Source of the DNA: an uncultured Verrucomicrobiae bacterium
GTDB taxonomy: Bacteria; Verrucomicrobiota; Verrucomicrobiia; Chthoniobacterales; Chthoniobacteraceae
Direction of reading: 5' to 3'
Assembly: GCA_963769025.1 (NCBI GenBank)
Contig: CAVYKI010000006.1
Span: 32,001 to 96,000, forward strand
Length of the DNA stretch: 64,000 nt
Shown here: positions 56,862 to 64,000 of the stretch, in pieces
How positions within the stretch are numbered: position 1 is the first letter of the stretch
Layout of the letters: the number at the start of each line of letters is the position of its first letter
The notes under the pieces: generated by a model
Database searches by the model: none
Told to the model about the DNA's origin: nothing
The model's input: the letters and a program-made list of their open reading frames with translations, nothing else
Position numbers and translations under genes: made by a program

Positions 56862-57989
56862 TCAGCGCGCGGCGGCGTGCGCGTTTGCTCCCGCCGATCA
56901 GCCGCACGAGGAGCTGGCTGAGGACGACCTCGGTTTCCGTCGGGGCGGAGACGAGCGTCACGTTTGCGTCCAGGCACGCCTTCAGCCCGGCCTGCAGTTC
57001 CGGCAGCGTGAAATTGCGCGCGCCAGCCGCGGCGAAGCCGAGCGAAAAGGCGTTCAGCTTGCCTTCCTTCGTCCGCGGCAGATGCGCGATGGCGGCGGCG
57101 GGGAGGCGTTCGAGCGTCGAGGTGAAATGGAACGGATTCGACGGCGCGGCGAGCTTGTGCCGGACGAGGAGATCCTTTGCGAGGAGGAGGTTTCGGACGG
57201 TGGGGATGATCGTCGCGAGCAGGATGCCGATGGCCTTTTCGCCGTTGAAAAGGAGCTGCTGGAGGAGTTCCAGCGCCCGCTGAAGCTGCCGCGCGGAGAT
57301 CGCATTGCCGAGTTCGAAGATGACGCCCGCGCGCGACATCGGCGTGAGCATGCGGACATCGTCCTGCGTCACGCGGCGGTTGTCCTTGCCGAGGTAGAGG
57401 TCGAGCTTCTCCAGCTCGCTCGTGATGGCGTAGCGGTCGCCGCCCGTGTAGAGCGTGAAAAGCTCGATCGCGTCCTCGTCGAAATTCAGGCCCTGCTGCC
57501 GGGCGAGGTCGCGGCAGAGGATGACGGCATTGCCGCTCCCAGCCCTGCTTGGTGGAATCCAGCCGGTCGAAAGTCTGCATCTCGCGCGATCTTGTCGAGC
57601 GTCTTGTAAAACGAGCGCCGCTTGTCGATGGCGCCGCCGCTGAGCAGGAATCGCGTGCCTTCCGGCAGCCCGCGTTGCAGCAGCGCCGTGAGCTTTTCGA
57701 TCGCGTCCTTCGTGGCCTGCGCGCCGCCGGTGCGGTCGTCGGCGAGGAAGTTCGCGTCCTGCAGCCACACGAGCTTTGCGCCGCCGAAAAAGCCGTACGT
57801 ATCCAGCGCCTCGATCGTCTGGAAAACCTTCTGCGCCGCGTCGTCCGCGTTCATCGCCTGGCCGTTGATGACCTCCTTCCCGAAGTCCCCCGGCGGCGCG
57901 AGCCTTTCCGCCAGCTCCCGCGCCACGCGCTTCACCTCGAAATCGTCCGTGCCGAGGATGGCGTGGATGGGGGCGGCGTCGTTTTTCAA
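56862..57989 (-). CDS. holA: DNA polymerase III subunit delta (indels; 3' end approximate)
   Basis: GTDDF, TYGFFGGAKLVWL, DKRRSFYK, SELEKLDLY, IFELGNAI. Confidence 0.8.
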
Positions 57990-58871
57990 GGCGTGGTCGG
58001 GATGAGTGGCGATGTCGCGTAGCTCTTAAACTCGCTCTCGACCGCATCCAAGTTCAGAAAGCGGTTTCCGAAGTGATTCCGCGCCGCCGTCTCGAAGAGC
58101 GCGCCCTTTCCCATCGCGTCGAGGAACGCCACGAAGCCCTTCTTGTCCGCCGCCGAGAGGAACCGCACGAGCTTCTGCGACTCCTCGTAAAATGCGGCCA
58201 CGTTCTCCACCTCCGCCGGGTACTCGCTCGCGGACGTCAGCTCCGCGAGCGGGATGTACAGCCACCGCTTCACCGGGCTGGCCTGCGGCCGCGCGTTGTA
58301 TCCGCGCGCGCGGTAGAATGCCGCGCGGCAGCGCGACGCCGCGTATTCCGCAAAGCCTTCGTTCAGCCACAGCGGGATGCCCGGGCCGAAAAAGCGAAAC
58401 AGCACCAGATGCGTGATCTCGTGCGGCAGCGTCGCGTTGTCCGCCATCGGGCCGGGCTTTCTCAGGATGAAGAGCGCGCCCTCGCCGTGGATGCCGCCGG
58501 TCCACGGATCCAGCCCGCCGAACTTTTGGAACGCCTTCCAGTCGGCTGCATCGTCGAAAAGGAACAGGTGGCACTTCCGCTCCCATTTGGTCGTGTCCCG
58601 GCCGAGTTCCGCCGCGATCACGCGGTAGTAAAATTCCGCCTCCACCGAGACCGACGACGCCGTCGGGCGGTCGAAGAAATGATAGACGAAATGCTCGGTC
58701 TCGCCGTGCTTCCAGTCACTGGCGCGGACTGTGCAGCGCCTTCTTCCCGAGCGCCGTCAGCGTCCGGTCCGAGAGCTTTTCAAACGCAACCTCCGGCAGC
58801 CCGCCGGCGGATGTCTCCTGCCCAGCGCAGACGCAGGCGACGAGGAAAATGAAGACGGGCAGAAATCGCAT
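57986..58871 (-). CDS. Secreted zincin-like protein (peptidase MA-like), indel near 58720
   Basis: LPHEITH followed by PLWLNEGFAEY. Confidence 0.75.
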
Positions 58872-59025
58872 CCCCGCCAGAGAGGCAGCCCCCGTGCCAG
58901 CGGGCGGGATTCCGGCCGCTATTCCTTCGTCGAACAGATGCGTCGTAATCCTATTCCGTCGGGGCGAACGGGCGGGGGTACGAAGATCGACAGACGACGA
59001 CGCAGGCTTGCGCGGCTTTGCGGGA

Positions 59026-60157
59026 CTATTTCCGCGGCACGGCGAAGACGACGCAGACGGGGGCGCGCCGGAGACTTGCGCGGCGGGGGTGAGCTTTCCG
59101 GTCGCGGGGTCGATCTTGTGCGAGGCGAGGCTGTTGTCGTTCTGGCCGGCGGCGACGAGCCATCCGCCGTCGGGCGAGATCGCAAAGCCGCGCGGCACCT
59201 TCACGTTGGCGGGCGCGTTCTGCACGAGCGTCACCTTCCCGTCCGTCGCCGATGGCAAAGACGGCGATGCTGTCGTGGCCGCGGTTCGAGACATAGACGA
59301 AGCGGCCGTTCGGGTGGCAGAAGATCTCCGCGGTGCTGTTTTTCTGCGCGTCCGGGGCGCCTTCGGGCAGCGTGCTGAGCGTCTGGATCGGCCTTGAGCG
59401 TGCCCTTCTTCGCGTCATGCGCGAGGACGCGTGATCGCGCTCGTCATCTCGTCGCACACGTAGGCAAAACCGCCCTTGGGGTGAAACGCGAGGTGCCGCG
59501 GGCCGCTGCCGGGCGGGACTTTCCCGCTCGGCGGATCGTTCGGCGTGAGCGTGCCCTTCGCGGTGTCGAAGCGATACACGAAGACGTCGTCCGTCCCGAG
59601 GTCGCAGGCATAGACGTAGTCGCCGCTGGGTGTAGATGGAATGGGCGTGGGGCGCCTTCTGGCGCGAGGCGTTCACGCTGCTGCCGGTGTGCTGGACGAA
59701 GCCCGACGCGGGCCCGACGGAGCCGTCCTCGCGGATCGGGAGGGCGGCGACGCTGCCGCCGCCGTAGTTTGCCGCGAACACCGTCTCGCCGCCGGGATGC
59801 ACCGTGCACATGGCAGTTCCCCGCGCCCTTGGTGGATTCGTCGTTCAGGTGCCGGAGCGAGCCGTCCTTTTCGATGGCAAATGCGCCGACGGTGCCGCCG
59901 CCTGCTCTCGATCGCGGCGTAGAGGAATTTGCCGTTCGGATGGACTGCGAGGAAGCTCGGGCTCTTCGCCTCGGCCGCGAGGACGGGGGCGGTGAGCGCG
60001 CCGGTCTTCAGGTCAATGCGTGCCGCGATAGATGCCGAGGCTGCCGCCGGGCTTCGTGTAGGTGCCGATGTAAAATTCCGCCACGTCTGCGGCGGAGGGG
60101 GGCGGCGAAGGAGCCGAGGAGGAACGGGAGGGCGATGAGCGTGAGGGTCAGTTTCAT
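59026..60157 (-). CDS. Lactonase family beta-propeller (6-phosphogluconolactonase-like), indels
   Basis: YIGTYT, AANYGGGSVA, QHTGSS, PHAHS, GPRH, YVSNRGHDSIA, PRGF. Confidence 0.88.
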
Positions 60158-60199
60158 GAATGTGAGGGGTGTGGATGGGAACGGTCCGGCGCGGGTTCG

Positions 60200-62904
60200 C
60201 TATTCGAGGAGGCGGCGGATTTTTTTGCGGGCGTGGTCGAGGGTGAATGGCTTCTGGATGAAGTCAACCAGCGGGTCATTTCCGAAGCGGCTCGCGACAT
60301 CCTGCGTGCTGTATCCGCTCATGATGAGCACGCGCAGATCGGGCCGCAGTTTGCGCAGTTCGCGCAGCGTCTCCTCGCCGTCCATCTGCGGCATCGTGAG
60401 ATCGAGAAAGACGAACTGCACGTCCCCGAGCGACGGGAACAGCGCCAGCGCCTCGCGCGCCATTGGTCGCGGTGATCGTCTGGAACCCGAGGAATTCCAG
60501 GAAGCGCGTGGCGACATTCCGGACGGTATCCTCGTCGTCCACGACGAGGACGAGCCCGCTGCCGCGCCAGTCGTCGGCCGGCGGGCCGGCAATCGGCGGC
60601 TGGCTCCGGCGACCTCGCCGGTGGCGGGGAGCAGCACGCGGAATCGCGTTCCGTGTCCCGGCTGGCTCGCGACCGTGAGAGCGCCCCGGTGGCCGCGCAC
60701 GATCCCGAGCACCGCGGCGAGCCCGAGGCCGCGGCCCGGTGAATTTCGTCGTGAAAAACGGGTCGAAGATCCGCTGCAGCACGTCCGGCTCCATGCCGCA
60801 GCCGGTGTCGCTCACTTCAAACCAGACGATAATTTCCCTCCCTCGCATCCGGCGAGGCATTCGCCTTTGCGAGCTCCGCCTGACTCAGCCAGCCGGTGCC
60901 GGTCGAGACGCACACGGTGCCGTCGCGTTCGCCGAGCGCCTCGCTCGCGTTGATGACAAGATTCATCACGACCTGGCGGACCTGCGTCACGTCTGCCAGC
61001 ACCGCCGGCAGCTCGGGTGCGGGCTTGAAATCGAGGCGCGCACGCTTGCTGATCGAGATGCCGAGGAGGTTCATCGTCTCGCGGACCAGCGCATTCATGT
61101 CGAACGCCTGCACGTCGAAGCGCCCCTTGCCGGAATACGCGAGCATCTGCCGGCACAGGTCCGCCGCGCGGCTCGCGGCCTTCTCGATCTGGTCGAGAAA
61201 GGCGTGCGCCGCCGAGTCCGGCGGGAGCTCCGCGGCGGCGAGGCTGGCGTTGCCGAGCACGCCCGTGAGCAGGTTGTTGAAATCGTGCGCGATTCCGCCC
61301 GCGAGCACGCCGAGGCTTTCGAGCTTTTGGGTCTCCTGGAGTTTCGCCTCGATGGCGCGGCGTTCCTCCAGCGCCCGCCGGCGTTCGCTGATGTCCCGGA
61401 AAAATCCATGCACGCGGATGCCGTCGCCCGTGTTCTCCGCGTTTGCGTTGAACTCGAAGGTGGCGACGCGGCCGTCGGCGCCGGCCATGTCCATCTCCAC
61501 GTTTTGGATGCGGCCTTCCACGGGCAGCTTCGCCAGCGTCTGCGCCGCCAGTTCGTGATGCCGGGGCGCGACGAAATCCAGATAGTCGTGCCCGACCAAA
61601 TCCGCCTGGTCCTCCGCCCCGAGGAATGTGAGGAACTTGTCGTTCACCGCGACGATCCGGCCGGACGTGTCGAGCTGCACGTAGCCGGTGTTCGTCGCGT
61701 GGATGAGCGTGTTCAGCAGCCGGTCCGAGGCCTGCAGCTTCTCCAGCGTCTCCACCGTGTAGGTGATTTCCTCCGCGAGCCGCAGGTAGGAACGCACGGA
61801 GCCGTCGGGATTCCGGAGCACCGAGTTCCACCACAGGCAGTGGATGACGCGTCCGTCCTTCGTGAGATTGCGGCAGCGCAGCGTATTGTGATCCTCGTCG
61901 CCACGGTCGAGCCGCCCGAACGTCTCCGCAGTGAACGCGGTTTCATCCGGGTGGATCGCATCCAGTTCCGCCAGCGTCCGGCCGATCGCTTCGCGCGATG
62001 TCCAGCCGAACATCTTTTCGGCGCGACCGGCCCATCGCGTGATCCGCGAGCTGGCGTCCATCTCGGCGACGAGCAGCAGCGAATTTTCCAGATGCTGCGT
62101 AAGCCTCAGGCGCGCGTCCGCGAGTTCGTCGGCGGCGCGTTTCATGTCCGTGACGTCGCGGGCGATCGCGATGAGTCCCAGCAGGCGCCCGCCGGTGTCG
62201 CGGAGCGGATACTTGCTCGTGAGGAACCATCCGGCCCGGCCGTCGGGATACTGGAAGCGCTCCTCGCGATTCACGATCGCCTCTCCGGTGCGCAGCACCT
62301 GCAGGTCGTCATCCAGGTAAGCCCGTCCAAACTCCTCGGGAAAACCAAGGTCGGTCGTCCGGCGTCCGAGCACCTGCTCATCGGGATATCCTGTCAGTCT
62401 CTGGTGCGCGCCGTTGACCATCACGTAGCGCGCCTCGGCGTCCTTCACGATGATGATGTCCGGGATTCCATCCATCACCGTGCGCAGGAGGTGGCGCTCC
62501 TCGGAGACGCGCTCGAATTTTTTGCGCCGCGCCGTGACATCGCGCATGCTCAGCAGCGTGCGATCCTCCCCGAGCGGCAGGGCCACCACCTCGCATGTTC
62601 CGGCTTCGCCGCCCTTGCGGAGAAAGGCCGTCTCGCCGTGCCATTGTGCGTTGCTCGCGAAGACCTGCTGGACGGCCGACGCGAGGCCCCGCACGGCGTC
62701 CGCGGATTGCAGCGCGTGAACCGACATCCCCTGAGCCTCGTCGGGCGACCAGCCGAAGACTCGCGTCGCCCCGCTGTTCCATTCGAGGATGCTGCCGTCC
62801 CGGCCCGCGACAATCACGGCTTCCTCCAGCAAATCGACAAGCGACTCTGTCGGCGGGCGTGTTGCCGCGATGCGCGTTGGCTGGCTGGATGGGGCGGGCG
62901 TCAT
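60200..62904 (-). CDS. Cytoplasmic multi-PAS hybrid histidine kinase (CckA-like HisKA-HATPase-REC), indels
   Basis: Four PAS-like blocks, [37 protein letters not shown]. Confidence 0.9.
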
Positions 62905-63038
62905 CGGAAGGCTCGGTGCGGCGCAAGAAGCAAACGGACTTACGCAGGAATGCAAGGGTGGACGCCCCGCGGCGCAGATGCCTGCCGGCTGACGTGTGGG
63001 ATAATAGCGTTTGAACGTTCCGTCGCTCTGGGTGACTA

Positions 63039-63413
63039 ATGGGTCGCATGCAATCCACCGCTGCCAGCCTGGTCGGGCTTTTCGTCGCCATTGCGATGAG
63101 CTTCGGTTCCTTGTCACTGCTGCCGGCAGGGGACTGCGGTGCGCGGGAAGCGCAACGTGCTTGCACGTGTTGCGTTCAAACCGCGTCAGACGGCTGCTGC
63201 GCTGCGCCGGAAAACCGCGCGCCCGCGCAGGAGCCAGCGGCGCCTTCCACCTCCGTGTCCGGGCAATGGCAGCCCGCGGCGCTCGCCCAGCGGCATCCGG
63301 TCGCGATTCTGCCCCCGGTGGATGCAGTCATTTTCCCGTCGGAGAAAGCCGGCCTTTGCGCCCGTGCAGACGGGCACACTTTCCAGTCGGTGAATTGCGT
63401 GTGGCGGGTCTGA
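63039..63413 (+). CDS. Small signal-bearing Cys-rich leader protein ending FQSVNCVWRV
   Basis: Hydrophobic N-terminus, C..CTCC..CC cluster, Pro/Ala linker; start 63039 or 63048. Confidence 0.72.
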   Translation: MGRMQSTAASLVGLFVAIAMSFGSLSLLPAGDCGAREAQRACTCCVQTASDGCCAAPENRAPAQEPAAPSTSVSGQWQPAALAQRHPVAILPPVDAVIFPSEKAGLCARADGHTFQSVNCVWRV

Positions 63414-63420
63414 GAATGCC

Positions 63421-63478
63421 TTGACGCCAGTGGTGTGCCCGGACGCGGCGAACGCCGCGCGGGCTGGGTGAACGTCAA
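63421..63478 (+). promoter_or_regulatory. Long stem-loop between the leader ORF and the CusB-like gene
   Basis: TTGACG..GCCCG..CGCGGC-GAAC-GCCGCG-CGGGC..CGTCAA nested inverted repeats. Confidence 0.65.
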
Positions 63479-63495
63479 CGCAATTTCCCAGACTC

Positions 63496-64000
63496 ATGAA
63501 AAAACTTCTCATCCTCATTCTCATCGCTGCCGCCGCCTTTGGCGGATGGTGGTTCGGCAGACACGGCCATTCACACGTCGTGACGCCCGCCGGACGCAAG
63601 GTCCTCTACTACCAGAGCTCCATGCACCCGTGGGTGAAAGTCCGACAAACCGGGCCGCTGCACCATCTGCGGGATGGAGCTTGCGCCTGTATTCGAGGGC
63701 GACGCCGGTTTCGATGCCGACTCGACGCTCATCACGCTGACCAAGCAGGGCGTCACCGTCACGGGTGTCGAGACTGCGCCCGTGGTGAAAAGGACCATCC
63801 GGCGCACCATCCGCGTCGCGGGAATGGTCGATGACGACGACAGCACGCATCGCCGGCTGAGTGCGACCGCGGAAGGGCGCATCGAGAAGCTCTTCGTCAA
63901 TTACGTCGGCGCCGAAGTCACCGCCGGGCAGCCGCTCGCCACGATCTACAGCCCCGCGTTGCGGAATCTGTTTGCCGATTACCCGCTCATCGCGCGCCAG
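63496..64000 (+). CDS. CusB-like RND periplasmic adaptor, 5' part (indel near 63640)
   Basis: TM anchor, YYQSSMHPW..KPGRCTICGMEL metal-binding motif, GRIEKLFVNYVG, GQPLATIYSP. Confidence 0.85.

Noticed and set aside
56431..56862. holA reading through antisense across the NYN gene
   Set aside because: A TGA lies just out of frame at 56862, and the extension is the reverse frame of a well-supported gene.

Overview
High-GC bacterial window whose gene content points to a PVC-superphylum organism, most likely Verrucomicrobia (inference from exosortase, sulfatases and DUF1501/DUF1552/PSD-type cytochrome genes). Many genes, including essential ones, are broken by single-base indels, which looks like long-read consensus error rather than gene decay. 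Housekeeping genes: lysA, mnmE, hflX, hisA, an RluA-family synthase, topB, thrC, holA. Accessory content: a split larC, two hybrid histidine kinases, a sulfatase/planctomycete-cytochrome cluster, one complete and one truncated heavy-metal RND efflux operon. I saw no rRNA, tRNA, CRISPR array or transposase. Best leads: (1) each metal-efflux operon is headed by a small signal-bearing Cys-rich ORF followed by a long TGACG...CGTCA stem-loop, a candidate metal-sensing translation-arrest leader system with non-canonical C-termini; (2) a ~2,880-aa coiled-coil protein built on a 32-residue repeat; (3) two GTAG-type REP doublets that are inverted copies of each other and bracket mnmE; (4) a TPR protein fused to a lone Hsp70-like substrate-binding domain.
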